A stretch of 64,000 nucleotides of DNA from an uncultured Solirubrobacteraceae bacterium (GCA_963821655.1 CAWGER010000004.1:23158-87157), one strand, 5' to 3'. Shown: positions 32,525-40,924, numbered from the stretch's first letter. Notes: generated by a model from the letters alone, not told the origin. Program-made: numbers and translations.

Positions 32525-33508
32525 TTGCGGCCTTCGACGTCCAACGCCTGTGAGCCACGGCGTGCGAGCTGGGAGGCGCTCGGCTCAACGGTCGTGGTGC
32601 AGGTAACCGATCCAAGCGGCCTGACACGAGCGCGCGCAGAGACAGTCGCCGAGCTCGACGCGATCGACCGCGCGTGCAGCCGTTTCCGCGCGGACTCCGA
32701 ACTCTCACGCGTCAACGCGCGTGCAGGCCGGCCGCTGAAAGTCGGTCCCCTGTTGATCGAAGCGCTCGAGGTGGCGCTGCGCGCCGCCGAGCTGACCGAC
32801 GGTGACGTCGACCCAACCCTCGGCATGGCCCTCGAGCTGGCGGGATACGACCGTGATTGCCGCCTGCTCACCACCCCCGGCAACGAGCCCGCGCCGCCGC
32901 CGGTTCTCACCGCGCGGGTGCGCTCAGGCTGGCGGACGGTCGTGCTCGATCGCGCGACATCCTCGATCCGCATCCCCACCGGAGTGCGCCTCGACCTCGG
33001 CGCCACGGCCAAAGCCTGGGCCGCCGATCGCGCGGCGGCGGCCGCCGCACGGGCGAGCGAGTGCGGCGTGCTCGTGAGCCTCGGCGGCGATATCGCGACA
33101 TGCGGACCCGCTCCTGCGGGCGGCTGGCGCATACGGGTGACCGACGACCACCGCAGCGACCCCTCGGCGCCGGGACAGACCGTCTCGATCGCCTCGGGGG
33201 GCCTTGCCAGCTCGAGCACGGCGGTCCGGCGCTGGAGTCACGGAGGCCACACGATGCACCACATCATCGACCCCGCCACCGGAGCCCCTGCACGGACCCG
33301 GTGGCGCACGGTGAGCGTCGCCGCCGGCGACTGCACCGACGCGAACATCGCCACGACGGCCGCGCTCGTGCGGGGCGACGCCGCCGAGACGTGGCTCGAG
33401 GAGCTGGGCCTGCCCGCGCGCCTGATCGACTGGGACGACTGCGTCAGCACCGTCGGCGACTGGCCGGCTGAGCCATCTCCGCTCGATGGGATGGAGCCCG
33501 TCCTGTGA
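32525..33508 (+). CDS. apbE: FAD:protein FMN transferase
   Basis: SRFRADSELSRVN, VDPTLG, DLGATAKAWAAD, VSLGGDI, HHIIDPATG; TTG start with RBS GGAGGA at 32512-32517. Confidence 0.9.
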   Translation: MRPSTSNACEPRRASWEALGSTVVVQVTDPSGLTRARAETVAELDAIDRACSRFRADSELSRVNARAGRPLKVGPLLIEALEVALRAAELTDGDVDPTLGMALELAGYDRDCRLLTTPGNEPAPPPVLTARVRSGWRTVVLDRATSSIRIPTGVRLDLGATAKAWAADRAAAAAARASECGVLVSLGGDIATCGPAPAGGWRIRVTDDHRSDPSAPGQTVSIASGGLASSSTAVRRWSHGGHTMHHIIDPATGAPARTRWRTVSVAAGDCTDANIATTAALVRGDAAETWLEELGLPARLIDWDDCVSTVGDWPAEPSPLDGMEPVL

Positions 33509-34230
33509 GCGTGTCGCTGGCCACTGCCGGACCAAGCGTCTACTGGTATCTGACCCGCTCGACGGGCGCTGTTGCGCTGTTGCTGCTGACCGGGGCGATC
33601 GTGCTCGGCGTGGTCGACGTGCGGCGCTTCAGCACGCCGCGCTGGCCGCGGTTCGTCGTGGACTCGCTGCACCGCAACGTGTCGCTGCTGGCGATGGTCT
33701 TTCTGCTGGTTCACATCCTCACGGCGGTCCTCGACAGCTTCGCCCCGATCTCGCTGCTCGACGCGTTCATCCCCTTCGGAGGCTCCTATCGCCCGTTCTG
33801 GCTGGGATTGGGCGCCGTCTCCTTCGATCTGCTCTTGGCCGTCACGATCACGAGCCTCCTGCGCCAGCGAATGGGCTACGCGAGCTGGCGCGCCGTGCAC
33901 TGGCTGACCTACGCCAGCTGGCCGATCGCGCTGCTGCACGGCTTCGGCACGGGCAGCGACGCGAAGAGCACGTGGCTGCTGGGGCTCAGCATCTTCTGCC
34001 TCGTGGCGGTGCTCGCGGCCGTGCTCGCACGGGTCTTCGACGGCTGGCCGGAGAATCTCGGGCTTCGCAGCGCCGCCCTCGGGGGTGCTGCGGTCTTCTC
34101 GCTGTTTTTGCTGCTGTGGCTGCCGGGAGGACCGCTCGGCTCTGAATGGGCGCGCCGCTCGGGCACCCCCGCGTCGCTGCTCGGCCATTCCCACAGCTCA
34201 ACGGCGGCGCAGAGCGGGAGCAAAGAATGA
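33505..34230 (+). CDS. Ferric reductase-like transmembrane protein (MsrQ-like)
   Basis: WYLTRSTG, LHRNVSLL..LLVH, WRAVHWLTYASWPIALLHG: four heme-type His. Confidence 0.85.
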   Translation: MSVSLATAGPSVYWYLTRSTGAVALLLLTGAIVLGVVDVRRFSTPRWPRFVVDSLHRNVSLLAMVFLLVHILTAVLDSFAPISLLDAFIPFGGSYRPFWLGLGAVSFDLLLAVTITSLLRQRMGYASWRAVHWLTYASWPIALLHGFGTGSDAKSTWLLGLSIFCLVAVLAAVLARVFDGWPENLGLRSAALGGAAVFSLFLLLWLPGGPLGSEWARRSGTPASLLGHSHSSTAAQSGSKE

Positions 34231-35576
34231 CCTCCTCGCCGAGCACCATGGCGCTCCCACTCCAGGCGCCCGCCGACGCGGCCCTGCCACGCCTGCTGAG
34301 CGGGATTCCCGCCCACGGGGCGATGAGCCTCGAGGCGCACATGGACGTTCACGGACCCCTCCCCTCGGCGCGCCGTCGCGGACGGCGGTCCGAGTCCCCG
34401 CTGATCGAGCGGATCGAGCGCGCCGGCCTGGGCGGCCGCGGTGGCGCGAACTTTCCCACCGCTACGAAGCTGCGCGCCGTGGCCAGCGGGCGCGGCAAAG
34501 CGGTCGTCGTGATCAACGCCGCCGAGGGCGAGCCGGCGAGCCTGAAGGACCGCACGCTGTGCCAGTCGCTGCCCCACCTGGTGCTCGACGGCGGCCAGCT
34601 CGCCGCCCAGGCGGTGGGCGCCGAGGAAGTGATCGTGTGCGTGTGCGAGACCGCGTCGGCGAGCATCAGGAGCATCAGCGCCGCTGTCGCGGAACGCCAA
34701 CGCCGTGGGGTCGCGACGGTGCGAGTACAGGTGAACGCCGTGCCGAGCGGCTACGTCGCCGGCCAGGAGTCGGCCCTGGTCAACCACCTCAACGGGGGCC
34801 CTGCCGTTCCCACGTTCACGCCGCCCATGCCCTTCGAACAGGGAGTCAGGCGCCGCCCGACCCTGGTCAACAACGCCGAGACGCTTGCCCACGTCGCGCT
34901 GATCGCCCGTCATGGATCGCAGTGGTTCCGCCAGCTCGGCACACCCACGCAGGCGGGCTCGGCGCTGATCACCCTGTCCGGGCCGCTTGCGCATCCCGGC
35001 GTGTATGAGATCGAGCACGGCGCATCGCTTTCGTCCCTCGTCGACGCCGCCGGTGGAACGACGGCCGGCGTGCGCGGGGCGCTGCTGGGCGGATACGCCG
35101 GCACCTGGATCGGCGGCGAGCTCCTGCGCGGGGTCGCCCTGTCGAACGAACATCTGGCGCCCCACGGTGCGTCGCTGGGAGCGGGCGTGGTGCTGCTCCT
35201 CTCCGAGGACGCCTGCCCGGTCTCTGAGACCGCGCGCGTCGCGCGCTGGCTCGCCGGGCAGAGCACCAGACAGTGCGGACCGTGCCTGAACGGACTGGAC
35301 GCGCTCGCCGGGACGATCGAGGCGATCGCCGGGGGGGTCGCCGAGGCCCAGGCCTCACAGCGCATCGCCCACCTGGCATCGCTCGTGCGCCGGCGCGGCG
35401 CCTGCGGCCATCCCGATGGAACTGTCAACTTCATCCTGAGCGCCATAAACGCGTTCTCCGCCGACTTCGCCGATCACGCGCGACACGGACGCTGCGATGC
35501 GTGTGCGGGCCCGGCAGAGCTTCCGCTGCCGCTGAGAGAAGGCCCCGAAACCCGCGAACTGGTCTCGACCCGATGA
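34227..35576 (+). CDS. Stand-alone NuoF-like FMN/Fe-S NAD(P)H oxidoreductase
   Basis: GLGGRGGANFPT, NAAEGEP, YVAGQESAL, NNAETL, QCGPC...C. Confidence 0.85.
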   Translation: MTSSPSTMALPLQAPADAALPRLLSGIPAHGAMSLEAHMDVHGPLPSARRRGRRSESPLIERIERAGLGGRGGANFPTATKLRAVASGRGKAVVVINAAEGEPASLKDRTLCQSLPHLVLDGGQLAAQAVGAEEVIVCVCETASASIRSISAAVAERQRRGVATVRVQVNAVPSGYVAGQESALVNHLNGGPAVPTFTPPMPFEQGVRRRPTLVNNAETLAHVALIARHGSQWFRQLGTPTQAGSALITLSGPLAHPGVYEIEHGASLSSLVDAAGGTTAGVRGALLGGYAGTWIGGELLRGVALSNEHLAPHGASLGAGVVLLLSEDACPVSETARVARWLAGQSTRQCGPCLNGLDALAGTIEAIAGGVAEAQASQRIAHLASLVRRRGACGHPDGTVNFILSAINAFSADFADHARHGRCDACAGPAELPLPLREGPETRELVSTR

Positions 35577-35785
35577 GCCACCGCCTGCGCGTGAACCCGA
35601 TCGCCTGCGAGGCCCACGGCATGTGCGCAGAGCTCCTGCCCGAGCGGATCACGCTGGACGAGTGGGGCTATCCGGTCATCGACGAGGAGCCGCTCTCACA
35701 CGTGGTCCTCGAGCACGCCAGGCGCGCCGCCCAGGCCTGCCCCACGTTCGCCCTGCTGCTCGAGCGCGAACGCGCCGGCAGGTGA
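35573..35785 (+). CDS. Ferredoxin (3Fe-4S type, CxxHxxC...CP)
   Basis: MSHRLRVNPIACEAHGMCAELLP...LDEWGYP...ACP; ATGA overlap with the NuoF-like gene. Confidence 0.88.
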   Translation: MSHRLRVNPIACEAHGMCAELLPERITLDEWGYPVIDEEPLSHVVLEHARRAAQACPTFALLLERERAGR

Positions 35786-35816
35786 TGCTCACGCTCCACG
35801 CTCGAGGCCCCGGAGG

Positions 35817-36686
35817 TCAGGGCGCGAGCATGTGCGCCGCCGCCAGGCCCGCCCACTCTCCGTAGGGGGCGAAGAACTCGCGCACCTGCTGCTCATCGGC
35901 GCGGGCGCGCGGATCGCCCCCGCTGAGGAACCCTCCCACGAGCTTCAACAGGCCCACATCCGCCGCCGGGACCTGGTCGTGGCGACCCTGGCCGTGCAGC
36001 GCCAGCATCTCCACCGTCCACGCGCCGATGCAGGGGATGGCGCGCAGCCTCTGCCAGGCCCGCTCGTGATCGGGGCTGTGCAGGTCAACCCGCCCGCACG
36101 CCACCTCGCGCGCGGCGCGCACGAGCGCGATCGCGCGGGCACCGGCGAGGTCGAAGGACTCGAGCAGCGCCGGTGGCGTCCCGGCGAGCACAGCCGGCGC
36201 GGGCAGGTCGCGCAGCGCGCCGCCGACCGCGTCCGGCTCAACCCAGCGCCGTCCCAGAGCGGCCACGACGCGGCGCTCGATCGCGGCCGCATGGTCGAAC
36301 TCGATCAGCTGCTCGCAGATCGCCCACGCGAGCGCCTCGAACGGTTCCGGCCGCCGGCTCACCCTCAGCCAGGGACGCCGGCGCAGCGAGCGTCCGATCA
36401 GCGGATCGCGCAGGAAGCGCCGGCGAAACGCGCGCAGGTCCTCATCGACGCCGAGTGCGAATCGCATTCGCGCGATGCCGTGGGCCGCGGCCGCACGGCT
36501 CGAGGCGCGCGCTCCGAACAGAACCTCCTCAGGCGCGGTCTGCGCGACCCGCACGACCACGGGCTGCTCGCCGTGGTGAAGCAGGCGTTCGAGCACTCCC
36601 CCGCGACGCCGCAGCACGCCGTCCACGCCCGACCGCAACGGCAGGCGAAAGGGCCCGGCGGGCCGCACCTGCTCGCGTATCTCCAA
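35817..36686 (-). CDS. DNA-3-methyladenine glycosylase family (AlkA/HhH-GPD)
   Basis: PFEALAWAICEQ, LRAIPCIGAWT HhH, PAAD. Confidence 0.8.
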   Translation of the reverse strand: MEIREQVRPAGPFRLPLRSGVDGVLRRRGGVLERLLHHGEQPVVVRVAQTAPEEVLFGARASSRAAAAHGIARMRFALGVDEDLRAFRRRFLRDPLIGRSLRRRPWLRVSRRPEPFEALAWAICEQLIEFDHAAAIERRVVAALGRRWVEPDAVGGALRDLPAPAVLAGTPPALLESFDLAGARAIALVRAAREVACGRVDLHSPDHERAWQRLRAIPCIGAWTVEMLALHGQGRHDQVPAADVGLLKLVGGFLSGGDPRARADEQQVREFFAPYGEWAGLAAAHMLAP

Positions 36687-36727
36687 GACCTCGCCGCTTT
36701 CGTTCAGGGCGCCCGCAACGCGAGCCC

Positions 36728-37159
36728 TCAGTCACGACCGCCCAGCAGGTGCACGTCCACGAGCAGCGAGCGGCTGCCGACGATCTGGATGAGCTCGCCG
36801 GTCCTTGAAGATGCGCGCTTGTCCCGCGAACGGCGGCCCAGTCCTCGCCGGCTGCGACGGGGAGCCAGGAGCGCGGAGGCGTTCTGGTGGCGGCGGCCGA
36901 CCAGACGGACGACCGCCGCTCCGGCCACGAACCCGCCGGCGGCCACCGCGGCCGCCTGCACGGCCGGAAGGGCGACGCTCGTGGACCGCCAATAGGTGGC
37001 GGGCGTACGCGGCAGGGGGTAGGCATGCACCACGGCCGGTCCATCCGCGGGCACGGGCAGCGCGTCTATTTCCTCGGTATCGCCCGTCTGTGCCGCCGGT
37101 GCCTGCGCACGACCACTCAGGCCGGCCTGCGCCGCCTCGGAGTTGGGAGTCTCACTCAC
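36728..37159 (-). CDS. Hypothetical protein with single TM
   Basis: QAAAVAAGGFVAGAAVV, SRSLLVDVHLL; -10 TACACT 7 nt before the GTG. Confidence 0.65.
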   Translation of the reverse strand: MSETPNSEAAQAGLSGRAQAPAAQTGDTEEIDALPVPADGPAVVHAYPLPRTPATYWRSTSVALPAVQAAAVAAGGFVAGAAVVRLVGRRHQNASALLAPRRSRRGLGRRSRDKRASSRTGELIQIVGSRSLLVDVHLLGGRD

Positions 37160-37229
37160 CGGGCGAAGTGTAGACGGCCCCTCAGACCTCTTGCCTGCCC
37201 GTCCGCACCCCACCCCGGCGTGGGCGCCC

Positions 37230-38366
37230 CTACAGCTTTCGCTCGTACAGGCGGTAGCGGCGCCTGATCTCACCACCCATCCCTTCCATGGCGCGGTTCA
37301 TCGGCTTGTTGACCTCGAGGATCCAGCCCATCTCCCCGCCCTTCTGCGGGGTGGTTTCGGCTGCATCGAAGTGCATCTGATAGAAGCGGGCCGCCACCCC
37401 GGTGTGCTGGTAGGCGGGCTTCACCCCCAGCGCGAACACGTACACGGCGTCGATCTTCTTGCGCTCGCGCAGAGCGGTCAGCCAGCCGAACGGAAGCAGC
37501 CGTCCGCGCGGGCGCAGCTTGGCCAGAACCTGGTTGTAGTCGGGCAGCGTGAGCGCCGCCCCCACGACCTCGCCGGTGTCCTTGCGTTCGGCGATCATCG
37601 CCCAGTTCTCATCCAGGATCGGCTTGAGCTGCTTGGCGTAGTGGCGAACCTCACGGTCGGTCAGCGGGACAAAGCCCCAGTTGCGCTCCCAGGCCGCGTT
37701 GTAGACCTCCAGGAAGCGCCCCACCTCCGCCTGCAGGTCGCGCTTTCTGAAGTTGCGGCACACGATCCCGTGCTCGGACTCGAGCTTGTCGGCCATCTCC
37801 CAGATCGCGGGGTGGACCTTCTCGCGGCCCGACACGTTGAGACTCCACATGTACAGGTCCATCACCTTGGACAGGCCCACGTCGCGCTCGAGCAGGGTCT
37901 GGTAGTAGGGGTGGTGCCAGGGGCCCAGGATGATCGGTTTGTACTGGTGGCCCTCGACCAGCAGGCCGCACTCGTCATTGGTCGTGAAGCTCATCGGGCC
38001 GATCATCGTGCCGGCCCCGTGCGCCCTCAGCCACGTCTCGGCTGCATCGAGGAGCGCGCGCGCGGCCTCGGGATCGTCCTCGCACTCAAACCACCCCCAC
38101 AGCCCCCAGTCATTGCCCTGGAACTCCTGCATGTGGCGGTCGATGTGGGCGCTGATCCGACCGACGGCGCGTCCATCGCGCCAGGCGAGCAGGTACTGGG
38201 CCTCGGCGTGCTCGAAGAAGGGGTTCTTGCGCGGATTGAGCTGCACCTTCACATCCATCAGCAGCGGCGCAACCCAATTGGGCTCGTTACGATAGAGCCG
38301 CCACGGCAGCTTGATGAACGTGTTCAGATCGCGCCGGGATGCCACAGGCCGGATCTCGACTGCCAT
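37230..38366 (-). CDS. YghO-like GNAT protein, candidate bacterial ceramide synthase (bCerS)
   Basis: FIKLPWRLY..PNWVAPL, GRISA, GWFEC, GPMSF..ECGLL, NWGFVP, LPDYNQ, EMGWILE.N..M; divergent from an SPT-like gene. Confidence 0.7.
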   Translation of the reverse strand: MAVEIRPVASRRDLNTFIKLPWRLYRNEPNWVAPLLMDVKVQLNPRKNPFFEHAEAQYLLAWRDGRAVGRISAHIDRHMQEFQGNDWGLWGWFECEDDPEAARALLDAAETWLRAHGAGTMIGPMSFTTNDECGLLVEGHQYKPIILGPWHHPYYQTLLERDVGLSKVMDLYMWSLNVSGREKVHPAIWEMADKLESEHGIVCRNFRKRDLQAEVGRFLEVYNAAWERNWGFVPLTDREVRHYAKQLKPILDENWAMIAERKDTGEVVGAALTLPDYNQVLAKLRPRGRLLPFGWLTALRERKKIDAVYVFALGVKPAYQHTGVAARFYQMHFDAAETTPQKGGEMGWILEVNKPMNRAMEGMGGEIRRRYRLYERKL

Positions 38367-38383
38367 CGCGGCGCACACCCTAT

Positions 38384-39673
38384 ATGCCCACCTCGATAGA
38401 CGTCTTCGCCAAGGTCCGCGGCCACGAGCGCGAACAGCTGCTGCGCGCCGCGCGCGAGGCCGACCTGCTGCCCTACTTCCGCACCGTCGAGTCGCCGGCG
38501 ATGCCGGTGGTGGAGATGGAGGGTCATCCGCGCATCATGCTCGCCTCGAACAACTACCTGGGACTCACCGGGGACGAGCGCGTGATGCAGGGCGCCCGCG
38601 ACGCCTTGGCCCGGTACGGAACGGGGCTGACCGGCTCGCGCCTGCTGAACGGCACGACGCCGCTGCACCTCGAGCTCGAGCGCGAGCTGGCGGAGTGGAT
38701 GGAGACCGAGGACGCGATCGTGTTCACCACCGGCCACCAGGCCAACATGGGGACGCTCGGCACCCTGCTCGACTCCGGCGACACGGTGATCGTCGATTCC
38801 GGCGACCACGCCTCGATCCTCGACGGAGTCCTGCTGTCGCGGGCCAAGATGCGTCCCTTCCGCCACAACCGCATGGACAAGCTGGAGCGGGCGCTGACCC
38901 GCGCCCAGGACGACGGCGGCGGCGTGCTGGTGGTGGTGGACGGCGTCTTCTCGATGGAGGGGGACGTGGCGCCGCTGGTGGACATCTCCGAGCTGTGCGC
39001 CCGCTTCGGCGCCCGTCTGATGGTCGATGAGGCCCACGGCGCCGGCGTGCTCGGGGCGCGCGGCGCGGGCACCGCCGAGCTGCTGGGAGTCGAGGACCGC
39101 GTCGATCTGCGCATGGGCACCTTCTCCAAGTCGCTGGCGGCCTGCGGGGGATTCGTGGCGGGGGACGCCGAGGTGATCGACTACCTGCGCATCTCCTCGC
39201 GGGCCTTCCTGTTCACGGCCTCCGCGGTCCCCGCCGCGCTGGGCGCGGCGCTGGCGGCGCTGCGGATCGTCCGCTCCGATGAGGGACCCGCGCTGCTGGC
39301 GGCCGCGCTCGAGAACGCCCGCTACTTCACCGCGGGCCTGGACGCGCTCGGCTACAGGGTGCTCAGCGGTGAGCCCCTGCGGATGGGACCGGCCGAGGAC
39401 GCCCGCTCAGAGACGATCGTCACGCCGATCATCCCGATCCTCATCGGCGATGACTGGAGGGCCGCGCTTCTGTGGCGGGCCCTGTACGACGCGGGCGTGT
39501 TCACCAACTGCGCCCTGCATCCCGCGGTACCCCCCGGAGGAGCCCTGCTCAGAACCAGCGTCATGGCCACGCACGATCACTCAACGCTCGACCGTGCGCT
39601 GGAGGCATTTGCCCTGGTAAAGCGCGATTTCGAGGCCGAGCACGGGCCGCTCTGGGGAGCCGAGGAGAGCTAG
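38384..39673 (+). CDS. PLP-dependent alpha-oxoamine synthase, serine palmitoyltransferase-like
   Basis: LLPYFRTVES, SNNYLGL, GSRLLNG, DHASI, DGVFSMEG, DEAH, MGTFSKS. Confidence 0.75.
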   Translation: MPTSIDVFAKVRGHEREQLLRAAREADLLPYFRTVESPAMPVVEMEGHPRIMLASNNYLGLTGDERVMQGARDALARYGTGLTGSRLLNGTTPLHLELERELAEWMETEDAIVFTTGHQANMGTLGTLLDSGDTVIVDSGDHASILDGVLLSRAKMRPFRHNRMDKLERALTRAQDDGGGVLVVVDGVFSMEGDVAPLVDISELCARFGARLMVDEAHGAGVLGARGAGTAELLGVEDRVDLRMGTFSKSLAACGGFVAGDAEVIDYLRISSRAFLFTASAVPAALGAALAALRIVRSDEGPALLAAALENARYFTAGLDALGYRVLSGEPLRMGPAEDARSETIVTPIIPILIGDDWRAALLWRALYDAGVFTNCALHPAVPPGGALLRTSVMATHDHSTLDRALEAFALVKRDFEAEHGPLWGAEES

Positions 39674-39794
39674 CCGCCCGCACCCGGGCGCTCCTGCCAA
39701 CCCCCCTTCGCGGACGGCGACGCTCGGCAAGACCCTCGACTTGTCCATTTTTTCACAAGTCCTCGAGGCAACGAAAAAGGTCGCTTCTAGCGCA

Positions 39795-39842
39795 CGAACC
39801 GGTGTTCGCTAGGTTGACCGCACGCCCCCTGCTGCGTAGCTT
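39795..39842 (+). promoter_or_regulatory. SOS (LexA) box plus sigma70-type promoter
   Basis: CGAAC-CGGT-GTTCG (39795-39808), then TTGACC-17 nt-TAGCTT (39814-39842). Confidence 0.7.
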
Positions 39843-40027
39843 GCAAAAGCGCTCTGCATGACCACCGGGGTTGGCCCTAAGACCAGCCCTTCGGAGGTGA
39901 TGTGCCCGGACCAGCCGCGACTCCTGAGGGAGGGTTTCTGATGGCCATGGCAGGCGCGTACTCGTAAAAACCGCAAGGGTGTTGCGCGCCGCGACAACGT
40001 CGGGGCGACAACAAGGAGAGTGCCCAT

Positions 40028-40405
40028 ATGAACGCGACAGCGACAGTCGCCCCCCCCGGTCCGCAGCACATGCGCGCCTTGGAACGTGCAAACCAGGTCC
40101 GTCTCGCCCGCGCTGAGCTCAAGCGCCGCGTGGCAGTCGGCGAGATCGAAGTCGCGGCGGTGATCCTCGAGTGCCCCTGGGAGGCGCAGAGCATGGCCGT
40201 GGGCGACCTGCTGATGAGCCAGCGCCGCTGGGGCCAGACCCGCTGCAGAAAGTTTCTCTCACAGATCCCGATGTCCGAGAAGAAGACCGTCGGGTCGATG
40301 ACCGAACGCCAGCGCCGCACCCTCGCGCTGATGCTGAACGCCGCTCAACGGGGCCGCGCGTGGAGCGCGACCCCCTGGGTAACGGACAGCCTGACGAGAG
40401 CTTGA
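40028..40405 (+). CDS. Actinobacterial IHF (mIHF/sIHF)-like nucleoid-associated protein
   Basis: ALERANQVRLARAELKRRV...VGDLL..WGQTR..L...VGSMTERQRRTL follows the mIHF pattern ALEKA..AR..RAELK...GL.DRQR.AL; RBS aaggag. Confidence 0.72.
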   Translation: MNATATVAPPGPQHMRALERANQVRLARAELKRRVAVGEIEVAAVILECPWEAQSMAVGDLLMSQRRWGQTRCRKFLSQIPMSEKKTVGSMTERQRRTLALMLNAAQRGRAWSATPWVTDSLTRA

Positions 40406-40838
40406 CCTGCCACCACCCGGCGAGCATGCCGATCACACCAAGTCGCGGCCGCACGCGCCAGACTCCGCAGCCACCCTGGCCGAGGTCTTTGACGGGGAGG
40501 CGCACGAACTTGTAGCGGGCCGGTTCCAGCTTCATCCGTTCGAGCAGTTCGTGCGCGCCGCGCTCGTGCTCGGCGCGCACGGCGCGAAGCCGGCGATACT
40601 CCTGCACGCGGGCCGCCAGCCGGTCGCGCGAGCGCTCGAGCTCCCCGAGGCTGAGCAGGCGCGGTCCGAGGAAGGGCTCACGTGCGGGTGCGGGCGCGGC
40701 GATGTGGGGAAAGCCGCCGGCCACGATCGCCGAGAGCTCGTGCTCGAGCTTTGCGACCTGCGCCCTCAACGAACTCCTCGCGGCGCGCTCGCCGGCGGCA
40801 CGATCGATCAGTAGCTGCTCGGACTGGGACACGCCCAA
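40119..40838 (-). CDS. Hypothetical protein (3' end overlaps the IHF-like gene on the opposite strand)
   Basis: RBS aggaga before the TTG; protein-like core to WWQVKLSSGCP (~40380); the tail is low complexity. Confidence 0.6.
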   Translation of the reverse strand: MGVSQSEQLLIDRAAGERAARSSLRAQVAKLEHELSAIVAGGFPHIAAPAPAREPFLGPRLLSLGELERSRDRLAARVQEYRRLRAVRAEHERGAHELLERMKLEPARYKFVRLPVKDLGQGGCGVWRVRPRLGVIGMLAGWWQVKLSSGCPLPRGSRSTRGPVERRSASARGCGAGVRSSTRRSSSRTSGSVRETFCSGSGPSGAGSSAGRPRPCSAPPRGTRGSPPRLRSRRLPRGA

Positions 40839-40924
40839 CTTCTCCTCCTAGCGGCCGGAAGAGCCGATTCTACCAGCGCCCGTGGGATCGCGACAGCTGC
40901 CCTCGACACCCGCAAACGCGCCCT

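Noticed and set aside
32129-33508. 459-aa ORF as a signal-peptide-bearing ApbE fusion
   Set aside because: The junction (RRHPAPKNPLRRRNPP) is an off-frame reading. The other frame gives the S/E/Q linker ending PVVSGGS*, matching the paralog, and apbE has its own RBS and TTG.
34227-35576. Respiratory complex I nuoF
   Set aside because: No other nuo genes are adjacent, the Cys motif is altered, and it is coupled to ferric reductase and ferredoxin genes.
38384-39673. bioF (biotin synthesis)
   Set aside because: No bio genes are nearby, and the PYFR/GTFSKS motifs and bCerS-like neighbour favour SPT. This is not fully excluded without a phylogeny.
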